Below, piece after piece: positions 17,422 through 27,594 of a stretch of 64,000 nucleotides of DNA; the stretch's first letter is position 1, and every line of letters begins with the position of its first letter. The notes under the pieces were generated by a model that saw only the letters and a program-made list of their open reading frames with translations, made no database searches and was not told the origin of the DNA. The translations under genes were made by a program, and so were the position numbers. Where the stretch lies: contig JAUVXW010000013.1 in the NCBI GenBank assembly GCA_030603385.1, forward strand, positions 10,635 through 74,634. The letters run 5' to 3'. Source of the DNA: Promethearchaeota archaeon (GTDB lineage: Archaea > Asgardarchaeota > Lokiarchaeia > Sigyniarchaeales > SOKP01).

Positions 17422-18882
17422 ATGACTAACGAATTTAATGGAGAAGATAAGGAAAGTAAACCAGACAAGGAAAGCGAGAGGATAGATAAGGAATTTTTAA
17501 CTAAAGCAAAAAATTCCAGAGATATGATAGATAAAAAATTGAGAACTTTTGAGAATAGTATAGAAGATATCTCAGAAACAATTACTAACGGCGAAACAGA
17601 AGAAGAAAAAGAAAAAAGTAAAAAAGAAGTAGAAGAAATTAGTGAAGAGATAAAAGAAGCACAACTAAAACTTGATACGGTTTCAAAGAAAATTGATGAT
17701 AAAGAAGAATATTTAACTGCTCTTGAAGAAACTATATCTGCTCTTGAAGAAAAGTATAATCGGAAAACAGAAGAAATGAAAAATCTGGAAGAACGATTTG
17801 AAATTATAAAAGAGAGCAAAGATAATCTAGAAGATGATTATAAAGAACTCTTAAGAAATAACGAACAATTAGTAAAAACATATGAAAGTAGACAAGTTGA
17901 TTTAATTGTTCTTACAGATTCTGTAAAAGAGAAAGTTTCATCTCAGGATGAACTGAGAAATCAAATCTCAAAATTAAATCAAGAAATATCAGAAAAGGAA
18001 GCAAAACTGGAGAAACAAAGGGAAGAATCAGAGGTTCTAGAGAAAAAAATAAAAAGCCAGAGTGCTGAAAACGAAACTTTAAGATTTTATCTTAATAAAA
18101 ATAAAGTTGAATTAGAGCATTCTAATTCTGAAATTGAAGCAAAAGAAGAGGAAAGAAAACTTTTAACAGAACAAATTGAAAAAAAAGAAATAAGAATAAA
18201 GGAAGTAGAACAAAAAATTGAAGAATATCATGATGGATTTCCTGAAATGGAAAAACAAAGAGAAACATATGAGGAACTTCTTGCTAAGTATAAAGTTCAA
18301 CTAACTGATAAACAACAACAATTAATTGACATGGAATCTCGAATTCAAGAGCTCAAAGACGCAACTGAATCCTTAGATGAACAAACAAACGCCAAACAAA
18401 ATTTAATTGATGCGAATGAAAAAAGGATTGAAGACTTAAAACAAGATATAGAAACGTCAAATACAGAATATCTTGAGAGAGAAGAACGGCTCGACGCCAT
18501 AACAGAGAAATTGACACGTATGGAATCAGATCATGAAAAATTAAAAAAAGCTAAAGAAGCAATTGAGGGTAGTACTAATGACTCTCGAATTATACTTCAA
18601 CAATTGAAAGAAGAATTAGAAAATCAAGAAAAGGAAATTAGAGATAAAGAGAGTCGGATCCACAGATTAGAAATATTATCCGCTATTTATAGAGCTTCGA
18701 AATTCTTCGGCGGAATTTTAATAGGTGCGGGAATATTTTTTATAATTTGGTCAATAGGAATATTTACTAATACAATAGATTTAGGGGATGTAAATATAAA
18801 TACATTTTTAATGGTTATATTCCTGTTAGTTGGAGCTATATTATCAATTATTTCTGGAATATTCCACCTTGAGAAATCATAA
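17422..18882 (+). CDS. Long coiled-coil protein with two C-terminal transmembrane helices
   Basis: About 420 aa of E/K-rich heptad-like sequence followed by FFGGILIGAGIFFIIWSIGIF and FLMVIFLLVGAILSIISGIF. Confidence 0.6.
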   Translation: MTNEFNGEDKESKPDKESERIDKEFLTKAKNSRDMIDKKLRTFENSIEDISETITNGETEEEKEKSKKEVEEISEEIKEAQLKLDTVSKKIDDKEEYLTALEETISALEEKYNRKTEEMKNLEERFEIIKESKDNLEDDYKELLRNNEQLVKTYESRQVDLIVLTDSVKEKVSSQDELRNQISKLNQEISEKEAKLEKQREESEVLEKKIKSQSAENETLRFYLNKNKVELEHSNSEIEAKEEERKLLTEQIEKKEIRIKEVEQKIEEYHDGFPEMEKQRETYEELLAKYKVQLTDKQQQLIDMESRIQELKDATESLDEQTNAKQNLIDANEKRIEDLKQDIETSNTEYLEREERLDAITEKLTRMESDHEKLKKAKEAIEGSTNDSRIILQQLKEELENQEKEIRDKESRIHRLEILSAIYRASKFFGGILIGAGIFFIIWSIGIFTNTIDLGDVNINTFLMVIFLLVGAILSIISGIFHLEKS

Positions 18883-18951
18883 TTTACCCTTCTATTAATT
18901 CACGAATATATTTGAAATTTAAATTAATAATACTATTTTAATGATTTAGGT

Positions 18952-20814
18952 TTGACTGAAAAAGAACAAGAAGCAGTTGTCCGTAAAAGAACGATTAAGT
19001 TATCATCGGGAATCCTTTACGGAATTGGATGTGGAATTGGGGGTTCAGTTTTTATATTATTAGGCACAGCTATTGGACAAGCACAATCTGGTGTTTTTAT
19101 TAGCTTAATCTTAGGTGGAATTTTAATTTTCATCACTGCTTTGAATTATAGTGAATTATCAACTAGTTTACCCGTTTCTGGAGGAGCTTATAACTTTAGT
19201 AAGGAAGCATTGGGTGGATTTTTAGCATTTATAATAGGTTTCTTCTTATGGATTGCTAGCATTGCTACATTCTCTTTTTCTGCTCAAGCTTTTGTTGTTG
19301 TTATTGAAGCCTTTTTTCCATTACCTATAATGAAAAATTTATTCATTCTTATTGCATTATTATCAATATTATTTACTACTATAGTTGTTTTTAGAACTCA
19401 GATATTAGCACTAAGGACTATAATTTCTTTAACAATTATATTATTAATTATATTTGGTATCTTTATCATAACGGGGTTCCTAATTTCTCCAATTACTAAT
19501 ACTTCAAATTTTAATACAGATTTTCTAACCTCGGATACGAATTTTCTTAGTGTAATCCTTATGTTTTCATTCTTGTTTATTTTTTTTACTAGTATCACTT
19601 CAAATTTAGCTTATCTAAATGCTGATCTAAAAAATCCTTCTAAGAATATCCCTAAAGCAAATATTTTTGCGATACTAATTACACTTCTTATCTATTTATT
19701 AATAACAACTGTATCTATGATTAATATTGGTAATAATCCAAATGAATCTCCAATTTTATTAGCTTTAATCCTAAATGATGTATTAGGATTTTCAGGGTAT
19801 TTGTTAATGGGTATAGCAGCCACAATCTCGACCTTTATTGCAATGAATGCGGCTTTGGGATCAGCAGTCGCCGTAATGCATGCATTGGCAAGAGATCACT
19901 ATGTTTCACAGAAGCTCTTGAAAGTAAATAAAAAAACAAATGCACCTACTTTCATATTAATAATTACAACTGGAATTGCCATATTATTTACAATTTTGGC
20001 AATACTATTCGCTGATATAGGTTTCACAGCGAATATAACAACTTTTATTTATTTTGTTGGATTAGCTTTCGTTAATTTTGCTGCTGTTAATCTTAGATAC
20101 AAGAGAAAAGAATTAGATCGCCCATTTAAAGCTCCATTTTTTCCTTACTTACCATTAATTGTTGGTTCCAGTTGCCTAGTTTTTGCTTTTGCTTTAAATA
20201 TTAATGCTATTCTTTTAGGTCTAATTATTTTTATTATTGGGGTTACCTATTATTTATTGACGATTACAGATCGACATTCAATAGTCTTTACGTTAGCAGG
20301 CTTGAAATTTTTTGCGCTTGTTCTTGTCGGTATTTTTATTTGGATCATAAATAATTTAGGTACAATATATTCTCCCATTTTTTCTTTTATACTGCTCCGT
20401 ATCTTAATATTTATTTGCATTTTTTCAATTGGTACGATTTTCTTTGATATATTTCCACTCAAAGAATTAGTTTATTATTTTATAAAAAAAGTAAACAAAA
20501 AGGAAGTAGCAATTGATATTGGAATTGGTACTATAATAGAGTTGAAAAAAGCTAAGGCGAAAAGCATCTATTATATTAATATAATGATTAGTATTATTCA
20601 AATAGCATCTTCATTTTTTATTTTTTCTTTAATCACATTATTTACTTCAGACATTATTTCAATAGAAAATATCATCATTGGCAGTACCCTAATTTCACAA
20701 AAAACAGCCGAATTTCTTTTCATTTCATTTTTATTGTTTTTTGGGACAACATTATTGTTTGGGGGTACAATTAGTTTGTATGTAAATCGAGAAACAAAAA
20801 CCCTTGGAATTTAA
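18952..20814 (+). CDS. APC-superfamily amino acid/polyamine permease with extra C-terminal TM region
   Basis: TTG start; 12+ TM helices; GCGIGGSVFILLG, NYSELS..PVSGGAYNF typical of APC transporters. Confidence 0.65.
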   Translation: MTEKEQEAVVRKRTIKLSSGILYGIGCGIGGSVFILLGTAIGQAQSGVFISLILGGILIFITALNYSELSTSLPVSGGAYNFSKEALGGFLAFIIGFFLWIASIATFSFSAQAFVVVIEAFFPLPIMKNLFILIALLSILFTTIVVFRTQILALRTIISLTIILLIIFGIFIITGFLISPITNTSNFNTDFLTSDTNFLSVILMFSFLFIFFTSITSNLAYLNADLKNPSKNIPKANIFAILITLLIYLLITTVSMINIGNNPNESPILLALILNDVLGFSGYLLMGIAATISTFIAMNAALGSAVAVMHALARDHYVSQKLLKVNKKTNAPTFILIITTGIAILFTILAILFADIGFTANITTFIYFVGLAFVNFAAVNLRYKRKELDRPFKAPFFPYLPLIVGSSCLVFAFALNINAILLGLIIFIIGVTYYLLTITDRHSIVFTLAGLKFFALVLVGIFIWIINNLGTIYSPIFSFILLRILIFICIFSIGTIFFDIFPLKELVYYFIKKVNKKEVAIDIGIGTIIELKKAKAKSIYYINIMISIIQIASSFFIFSLITLFTSDIISIENIIIGSTLISQKTAEFLFISFLLFFGTTLLFGGTISLYVNRETKTLGI

Positions 20815-20852
20815 ATGATTTATTAATTCATTCCACAAAAGAGAAATTATAT

Positions 20853-21620
20853 ATGAAAAAAAATTTACCTCGAATTAACCTTCATATTCATTCAAATTTC
20901 TCTGACGGAAAAAATAGTATTAGACAAATTGTTGATAGAGCTTTAAAAATGAACCTGGACTTCATTGCAATAACAGATCATTTTACTGATTCATGGAAGG
21001 AATGGGTTTCTAAATTAAAAGATGAGGATAAAATTTCAGAATATTTAGCAGAAATAACGTTATGCCAAAATTATTTAAGAGATAAAGGAAAAAAATTAAC
21101 TGTCTTTAAAGGTCTTGAAGTAGATCTCTCGAGTTCTGAACAATTTATTAAAAAGATTAAACCTTATAAATTTGACTTGATCTTATTTGAATATCTCCAA
21201 GGTATAGAAACTATTGCATTTGTAAAAAACATATTTAACTTCTGGAGAGGAACATCAAGAAATATGGGCAAATTCCCTATTTTAGGATTAGCACATTTCG
21301 ATCCTTCCTATTTTATTTATGAAAATCTTGATATTCTAGTTTCATTTCTTAAGGAATATAATATCTACTTTGAATTCAACCCAAGTTACCCTAATTTTTA
21401 TGCGCGTAAAAATCAAATATTCTTCGATAAACTAAGAGAAACTAATATTCCTGTGGCGATAGGATGTGATTCTCATAGTATAACGAGTTTAAATAATATA
21501 GAAGAACCACTTGAAGTAATACGTTATTACAATTTAGAAGATAATCTTCAGATCCTAATAAGAGCCCTGAAAAATAATTTTAACCTTGATTTCGGTAATA
21601 ATAGTCAAGGAAAAACTTAA
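20853..21620 (+). CDS. PHP-domain metal-dependent phosphoesterase
   Basis: INLHIHSNFSDG, DFIAITDH, later GLAHFD and GCDSH metal-ligand motifs. Confidence 0.6.
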   Translation: MKKNLPRINLHIHSNFSDGKNSIRQIVDRALKMNLDFIAITDHFTDSWKEWVSKLKDEDKISEYLAEITLCQNYLRDKGKKLTVFKGLEVDLSSSEQFIKKIKPYKFDLILFEYLQGIETIAFVKNIFNFWRGTSRNMGKFPILGLAHFDPSYFIYENLDILVSFLKEYNIYFEFNPSYPNFYARKNQIFFDKLRETNIPVAIGCDSHSITSLNNIEEPLEVIRYYNLEDNLQILIRALKNNFNLDFGNNSQGKT

Positions 21621-22065
21621 AGGCTTTTTCAAATGAAATATCAATTAAAATCTCATTCTTGTCTTTAGGATCTGAAAGCATTTCCTTTACCATTTTTTTC
21701 CCAATACAAAAGATTTCTTTTACAGCATTTAAACCTTTTCCAATTGGCATATCAGAAATTACGGTAATACTACTCTTATTTCTAATTTCCCATTCTCTTA
21801 AAGCTTTCAATGCTGTACCTTTCATAGCCAGCTCTGGTATGTTTATAAAATCACAGATAATTTTTGTTATCCCTCGAATTAACTTTGATTGTACTTCTGA
21901 ACATGTATCTTTTCTATAATCTTGTTCGATATTCTTAAGAGTTATTTCATCAAAATTTACTGTATATGAGAAAATAATCCTCAACTCCTTATTTTCTAAA
22001 TATGATATCATATAATTGTTATTTAAACTTATATTAAAGCAAAATCCTTTATTTGTAAAGCTCAA
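21580..22065 (-). CDS. Hypothetical protein
   Basis: 161-aa ORF with TTG start, converging on and overlapping the PHP gene end by ~40 nt. No recognisable motif. Confidence 0.35.
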   Translation of the reverse strand: MSFTNKGFCFNISLNNNYMISYLENKELRIIFSYTVNFDEITLKNIEQDYRKDTCSEVQSKLIRGITKIICDFINIPELAMKGTALKALREWEIRNKSSITVISDMPIGKGLNAVKEIFCIGKKMVKEMLSDPKDKNEILIDISFEKAFKFFLDYYYRNQG

Positions 22066-22207
22066 ATGGTCATCTAATATTTCGATCGATTTTTCGTCTA
22101 TATCAACTTATTTAAACTCCTTTATTTTCATAGTTCTAGCGCGTCTTAAACTTAATATCTAAATTGATATATTAATTTCAAAAATCTTTTTAAATCCTCT
22201 TTATTTA

Positions 22208-22975
22208 ATGTTTTTTATGAATTTAGAAGAAAAAATTAATCTAGCGGCTAAATGGATAGCTGAATCAGAAAGATTAGTTGTGTTTACGGGGGCAGGATGT
22301 TCAACGGGTAGCGGTATACCAGACTTTCGTGGGCCAGATGGTCTTTGGACTAGAAGAGATAAAGGTTTAGCGCCTAAAAAACCAAAAGTCCCTTGGGATC
22401 AAGCTAAACCGAACCCTAATCATTATGCTATTGCAGAGTTAATGGAAATGGGAAGGTTAAATTATCTCATTTCTCAAAATATAGATGGATTACACGCTAA
22501 ATCAGGTATTCCATTTGAAATGCTAGCCGAGCTTCATGGTAACCAATTCTTTATGAAATGCTTATCGTGCAATAAAAAAATGTTATTTGAGGAAGCAAAA
22601 TGGGATAAGAAGATTTGGGGTCGAGGATTTAGAAAAGACCCAGTTCGAGAAGATCAGCCAACTTGTCCCCATTGTGGGGGAAGAATCATTAATAGCATAG
22701 TTGATTTTGGAGATCCTTTACCATATGATGAACTTCAAGAATCAATGATACGATCTCAAAATTCAGATGTGTTTTTAGTAATTGGATCATCGCTGGTCGT
22801 TACGCCAGCCGCTAATATGCCTGGTATTGCCAATCAGAATGGAGCAAAATTGATTATCATAAATAAAGGTGATACTCCTTATGATATGGTGACAGATATA
22901 AAATTTGACGATAAAATTGAAGACGTTCTCCCACCCATAATGGAAAAAGTAAAAGAAATGACAAAAAGTAGTTAG
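22208..22975 (+). CDS. Sir2-family NAD-dependent protein deacylase (sirtuin), paralogue 1
   Basis: FTGAGCSTGSGIPDFRGPDGLW, QNIDGLH, ELHGN catalytic His, zinc ribbon CLSC...CPHCGG. Confidence 0.85.
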   Translation: MFFMNLEEKINLAAKWIAESERLVVFTGAGCSTGSGIPDFRGPDGLWTRRDKGLAPKKPKVPWDQAKPNPNHYAIAELMEMGRLNYLISQNIDGLHAKSGIPFEMLAELHGNQFFMKCLSCNKKMLFEEAKWDKKIWGRGFRKDPVREDQPTCPHCGGRIINSIVDFGDPLPYDELQESMIRSQNSDVFLVIGSSLVVTPAANMPGIANQNGAKLIIINKGDTPYDMVTDIKFDDKIEDVLPPIMEKVKEMTKSS

Positions 22976-23072
22976 CGTATTTTTTTACTATTTATTTATT
23001 ACTATAATATTTCTTAATTTCATTACGACATGGTAATTATCTTTTTATAATCAAGATCGTTATTTTTATAAT

Positions 23073-23828
23073 ATGGACTTAAAAGATAAAATTGATCTAG
23101 CGGCTAAATGGATAGCTGAGTCTAAAAGATTAGTTGTGTTTACCGGTGCAGGAATCTCCACTGAAAGTGGTATACCTGATTTTCGAGGACCTGATGGATT
23201 GTGGACGAGAAGAGATAAAGGACTTCCTCCTCCTAAGAGCCCTCCCTGGGATCAGGTAAAACCAAACCCTGGACATTATGCAATTGTTGAATTATTAAAA
23301 ATGGGTAAATTGGATTATCTTATATCTCAAAATGTTGATGGTTTACATGCTAAATCTGGAGTTTCATTTGAAAAATTAGCCGAACTTCATGGAAATATGT
23401 ATTTCATGAAATGTTTAAGTTGCGGTAAGAAAATGTTGTTTGAAGAAGTTGGTTGGGATCAAGAAACTTGGGGGAAAGGATATAGGTCCAGCCCAGTCAA
23501 GAAAGGACAGCCACCGTGTCCCAATTGTGGGGAACGAGTTATTAATAGCATAGTCAATTTTGGTGATCCGTTACCAGAAGATGATTTATCTGAATCCATA
23601 AGAAGATCTGAAAGAAGCGATGTTTTTTTTGTAGTAGGCTCCTCACTTGTGGTTGTCCCTGCTGCTAATATGCCATTATATGCAAAACAGCATGGTGCGA
23701 AATTAATAATTTTGAATAAGGGAGAGACTCCTTATGATGGAATAGCTGATTTAAGGTTTTCTGATCAAATCGGAGATGTGTTACCACCTATAGTTGAGAA
23801 AGTAAAACGATTGATGAATGTAGAATAA
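23073..23828 (+). CDS. Sir2-family NAD-dependent protein deacylase (sirtuin), paralogue 2
   Basis: FTGAGISTESGIPDFRGPDGLW, QNVDGLH, ELHGN, CLSC...CPNCG. Collinear with paralogue 1 over its full length. Confidence 0.85.
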   Translation: MDLKDKIDLAAKWIAESKRLVVFTGAGISTESGIPDFRGPDGLWTRRDKGLPPPKSPPWDQVKPNPGHYAIVELLKMGKLDYLISQNVDGLHAKSGVSFEKLAELHGNMYFMKCLSCGKKMLFEEVGWDQETWGKGYRSSPVKKGQPPCPNCGERVINSIVNFGDPLPEDDLSESIRRSERSDVFFVVGSSLVVVPAANMPLYAKQHGAKLIILNKGETPYDGIADLRFSDQIGDVLPPIVEKVKRLMNVE

Positions 23829-23857
23829 TATCATTGAATCAAATTAATTTTTAACTT

Positions 23858-25567
23858 TTATTTTTTCCTTGCATAGATCTCTTTATTTCTATCAATTTCT
23901 TTAAGAATTTTTCTTCCTTCTTTATTAAATAATGATAGATTTATTTCACTTTTTCTACTTAATGAACCTGTAAAAATTTCTTCTTGATTAGCAAATATTA
24001 TTATATTCTGACTTGCATACAACGGCGCAGCTCTTAAGATAATTCTATCTTTCCCTACTTCAAGGTCAAGATTAATCCTTTCCTTTTTTGATTTACCGGT
24101 TCGATAAGTGGATAGATTAGTATATTGATCTGATCTAAATTTTGATTTTTTAGGTGCTATTGGATTAATTACAATATCTTGTCCAAATGAATAAATTTCG
24201 AACTCTAATTTACGTGTTTTATAATCTCGTACTTCAACTACCGGACGAGCTAAATCTTTATCTCTAAATCCTGATGGAACTTTAACTGTCATTTTTATAA
24301 CTAATACTGCAGAAATGTCACCACCCTCTATGAAGATTATTGTATCTATTATTGAAGGCAACATACCAAGTTCTATTCGACCCATAAACCTTTGGAGTGC
24401 ATCTATTGCAGAAGAGGAGTGAACAACACCAACCATTCCTACACCAGACAAACGAAAATCAGCATATACTTCGAAATCTTTGGTAGTTCTTACCTCATCA
24501 AAAATTGTAAAGTCTGGTCTAACGAGTAGGAGAATATCAGCAGAATTTTCAAGACTTCCTTCTAATTTTGTATATTGAGTAATTTCTGGGCTTACCTGTA
24601 AATCTCTCACACTTTCTAATGTTTTTACTACTTTATTTTGACTTAAATAAAAGTTTGCTAATGCGGCGCAAAATGTACTTTTTCCTGCTCCGGGAGATCC
24701 ACATACTAAAATACCTTCTGCTGTTTCTAACCTGTTTTGTAATTTCGCATCAATTGAATAGTCAGATAGCTTCAAACTCACAAGTGGTCGAACTGCGGTA
24801 ATCTCAACATCATTAGAAAAGGGAGGTCTTGTAATAACTATTCTAAATTCTCTTAGTTGAGCAACTACCGCTCCAATTTTCTCAATCTCAATAAAAGAGT
24901 GATCGTCTTCCCTTACATTCTCAATTACTTCAAGAGCAATATCTTCAATGAGCTTAGGTGTAATCACTTCATTATCAATTTTTTCTAATCGCCAATTTCC
25001 GGGTGATCCTCTCTTCGCATAGGCAGGTAGATTCCTTTTGAGATGTACACTCATTGTCTTATCGTCAAAATAATCTAATAGTTTAAGAGAGAGAGCTTCT
25101 TTTGTTTTATGGATCCCTCTTTCTTTTACATAAAAAACATCTAACCCTTCAAAAATCCCTACATCACCCTGAATTCTATCAGCAGTTATTAATACAGCGT
25201 TGTTTTTCAGTGTGGTTTCCCTTATCAGAGCATCAAGTTCTCCTCCTGGTGCCATTTTTATTTCTTCTCTAGTAGGACGTTTTCCTACTATTTCCAACTT
25301 TATTTTATTTTCTGCATTTAATTCACGTAATGATTTTAGAACATTTAAGCCAAAGAATCCAATTTCTTTATGGATATTTGTCCTATATTCAATTTCAGCA
25401 ATAACAATGTTGGGAATTAAAATTTCTGGTTCTTCCCCTAACTCTCCATCTTCAATTAAATCAAGGATTAAACCGTTAAATATTACAGACGTGTCACAAA
25501 CGAATTTATCTGATCGCTCCTTAACCAAACCCTCCCCGGGCGTTAATTTCCTTATATTATTCACCAT
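23858..25567 (-). CDS. PIN-domain + P-loop ATPase (PilT-like archaeal ATPase, COG1855-type architecture)
   Basis: N-terminal PIN-like segment (FVCDTSVIFNG...ADRIQGD), Walker A GSPGAGKSTF, Walker B-like FTIFDEVR, then a C-terminal extension. Confidence 0.7.
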   Translation of the reverse strand: MVNNIRKLTPGEGLVKERSDKFVCDTSVIFNGLILDLIEDGELGEEPEILIPNIVIAEIEYRTNIHKEIGFFGLNVLKSLRELNAENKIKLEIVGKRPTREEIKMAPGGELDALIRETTLKNNAVLITADRIQGDVGIFEGLDVFYVKERGIHKTKEALSLKLLDYFDDKTMSVHLKRNLPAYAKRGSPGNWRLEKIDNEVITPKLIEDIALEVIENVREDDHSFIEIEKIGAVVAQLREFRIVITRPPFSNDVEITAVRPLVSLKLSDYSIDAKLQNRLETAEGILVCGSPGAGKSTFCAALANFYLSQNKVVKTLESVRDLQVSPEITQYTKLEGSLENSADILLLVRPDFTIFDEVRTTKDFEVYADFRLSGVGMVGVVHSSSAIDALQRFMGRIELGMLPSIIDTIIFIEGGDISAVLVIKMTVKVPSGFRDKDLARPVVEVRDYKTRKLEFEIYSFGQDIVINPIAPKKSKFRSDQYTNLSTYRTGKSKKERINLDLEVGKDRIILRAAPLYASQNIIIFANQEEIFTGSLSRKSEINLSLFNKEGRKILKEIDRNKEIYARKK

Positions 25568-26159
25568 TCTTTTCTTTGTTTAAAATTTGAAATTTCTTAA
25601 CACTGTAATATATCGGCTTGCTTAAGCGATCTACTGTTGCTACGATTAAGTCTTTACGAGAACTTAAAGCTACTCGAGACATTTTATCCAAGTCTCTTAG
25701 CTCTATAGGGGCACCTTCAAATACGGGGAATATTAAAAATTTTGCAGTATCCTTTTCAAAATCAGCCCCTCTCTTATAAACACGAAATTCTATTCCATTT
25801 CCATACCCTGTTCTTACGATATACCCCCGTTTTCTTAAGTCCATGTATATAATGTATTTATGCCATAAGCGTTCGTCAAACTGAGTGAAATAAATCAATA
25901 AACTTTCAAAATCGTGCAATCCTTTATTCTTATCATTATCTTCCCATAATAGTATTCTATTTCTTTCACTTAGGAGTAATATTTCAATAGCATTAAAAAC
26001 TAAAATGTCTTGTTTATCACTATTTTGCTCAATAGTTCCAATATAAGAAGTATTATAAAATTCTTCTAATCCTTTACTATCACTGATAATAACTTTATCC
26101 TTTTTGATTATTCCCTCTAACTGAATCTTTTCAGTTTTCTCATTTGATTCTTCAGTCAT
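25557..26159 (-). CDS. endA: tRNA-splicing endonuclease (EndA) homologue
   Basis: Collinear by eye with M. jannaschii EndA: YMDLRKRGYIVRTGYGNGIEFRVYKRGA (Mj YKDLRTRGYIVKTGLKYGADFRLYERGA), ALSSRKDLIVATVD (Mj AHSVRKKLLIAIVD). Overlaps the start of the PIN-ATPase gene by 11 nt. Confidence 0.65.
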   Translation of the reverse strand: MTEESNEKTEKIQLEGIIKKDKVIISDSKGLEEFYNTSYIGTIEQNSDKQDILVFNAIEILLLSERNRILLWEDNDKNKGLHDFESLLIYFTQFDERLWHKYIIYMDLRKRGYIVRTGYGNGIEFRVYKRGADFEKDTAKFLIFPVFEGAPIELRDLDKMSRVALSSRKDLIVATVDRLSKPIYYSVKKFQILNKEKNGE

Positions 26160-26356
26160 GTAATATTAATAAAAAATTCATAATAATTAATGAATTTAAC
26201 CCTTCTCTTCTTAATTTTAAAAAACAAGAAAAAAAGTAAAATGATTCATAAAAATAATTATCCCGTTTGTATTTATTTTTATTTAAGATAAGATTATAAA
26301 TTTGAGTGAGTATCTATTAATCATTCATTTCACATAAATAATGTTTACAGTTTGTT

Positions 26357-26926
26357 ATGAAGGAACTACTAAATAAAATATTAGATAAATTAAAGGATTC
26401 TTCAAAAATCGCTTTCATGGGCATAGGGGAAGAGAAATTAGCTGATGATGCAGTTGGAATTTACATAATCAGCGAGTTATTAAAATATTCAAATGATAAA
26501 TTCTTGTTTATTAATGCGGGTATTGATCCTATGAGTAGAATTGATGAGATTATAGATTTTCAATCATCTCATCTTGTTCTTTTAGATACTTGCACTCTAG
26601 ATAAACCACCAGGAACTATTGCAATAATAGAGCGTGAAAACATTCATGAATACGTTCCAATTTCATCACATACGATTCCAATTCATATTGTAATTGATTT
26701 ACTAGCTGAGAAATTACCAGATATAAATGTCTTTATGATCGGATTTGTACCTGAAAGTCTTGAGGGATTCACTCAATTAAAGCTATATAAAGAAAATGAG
26801 TTCTCTTTTGAAGAAAGGAGTGAGAATGAGGATCTACCTTTTTTTGATTTTAATCTAACAGATACTATTCAAAAAGCAGCAGAAAGCGTAATAAAGATTT
26901 TAAAGGATATAATTACCATATTGTAG
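26357..26926 (+). CDS. Hydrogenase maturation endopeptidase-like protein (HycI/FrhD family)
   Basis: IAFMGIGEEKLADDAVG (family GxGNxxxxDDxxG), LVLLDT, SSHTIP metal-ligand His. Confidence 0.55.
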   Translation: MKELLNKILDKLKDSSKIAFMGIGEEKLADDAVGIYIISELLKYSNDKFLFINAGIDPMSRIDEIIDFQSSHLVLLDTCTLDKPPGTIAIIERENIHEYVPISSHTIPIHIVIDLLAEKLPDINVFMIGFVPESLEGFTQLKLYKENEFSFEERSENEDLPFFDFNLTDTIQKAAESVIKILKDIITIL

Positions 26927-26929
26927 TTT

Positions 26930-27127
26930 TTATTTTCCTTCCTCAGAAAGTTTCGAAATAAAATTCATAATTATTTCTATAACTTTGGTTACATGTGCCT
27001 GTTCATCATGATTTAACTTATCTTTTAATTCTTCAAGAAATTCTATGACCTCATCAGCTTTTCTTATTTTTCTCAAATAATCAGAACCTTCTTTATTAAG
27101 TGACCCTCCCCATACCATTATATACAC
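26930..27127 (-). CDS. Small hypothetical helical protein
   Basis: 65-aa ORF, charged and helical, no motif. Confidence 0.3.
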   Translation of the reverse strand: MYIMVWGGSLNKEGSDYLRKIRKADEVIEFLEELKDKLNHDEQAHVTKVIEIIMNFISKLSEEGK

Positions 27128-27594
27128 TATATTTCAATAATTAATTAAATTAATATGAAAAATGAACATTATGAGTTTAAATAATTCATGAATACTTAAC
27201 TAATTAGTCATTCATCTAATTAAATAATCTTTCATTTATAGTTTTTTTATAAAAAATAGTCTAAAATCGAAATTTTAATGACTCTATAAACCAAGTTTTG
27301 TCTGAAAACATTTATTTTAGGTCAATTCTGAAAAAATGATATGTTGAAAATCAAACTAACACTTTCTATGAAATTATAACAATTCTATCTCATAATTGCT
27401 ATCTCAACTTAAGATTTTAATAAAAATTACATGAATTTTTAATAATATCTTTTTGAATTTAATACTTCTGATAGTGTGTTTTCATGTAATAATTTTATAA
27501 ATGAATTTTTGATAAAAATAACTAATCGTTTAATTTAATAATTAAAGATTTATTTTATTAGAATTTGAACTGTTTTAAAATAGAGTGATTCGCT

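Noticed and set aside
17406-17819. 137-aa Ser/Leu/Phe-rich ORF on the minus strand
   Set aside because: It is the complement of GAA/AAA-rich coiled-coil coding sequence (E/K codons read backwards give S/F/L). It is an artefact of the repeat composition.
22208-23828. Sir2 pair as an anti-phage defence system (Thoeris/DSR-like)
   Set aside because: Both proteins are compact canonical sirtuins with intact zinc ribbons and deacylase motifs. They have no fused sensor domains, and no ThsB/HerA-type partner is adjacent.
25200-25583. 127-aa plus-strand ORF overlapping the PIN-ATPase 5' region
   Set aside because: It is antisense to a motif-bearing CDS and has no features of its own.
26357-26926. 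Hydrogenase gene cluster
   Set aside because: Only the maturation-protease-like gene is present. No hydrogenase large or small subunit genes occur nearby, so no cluster can be claimed from this window.
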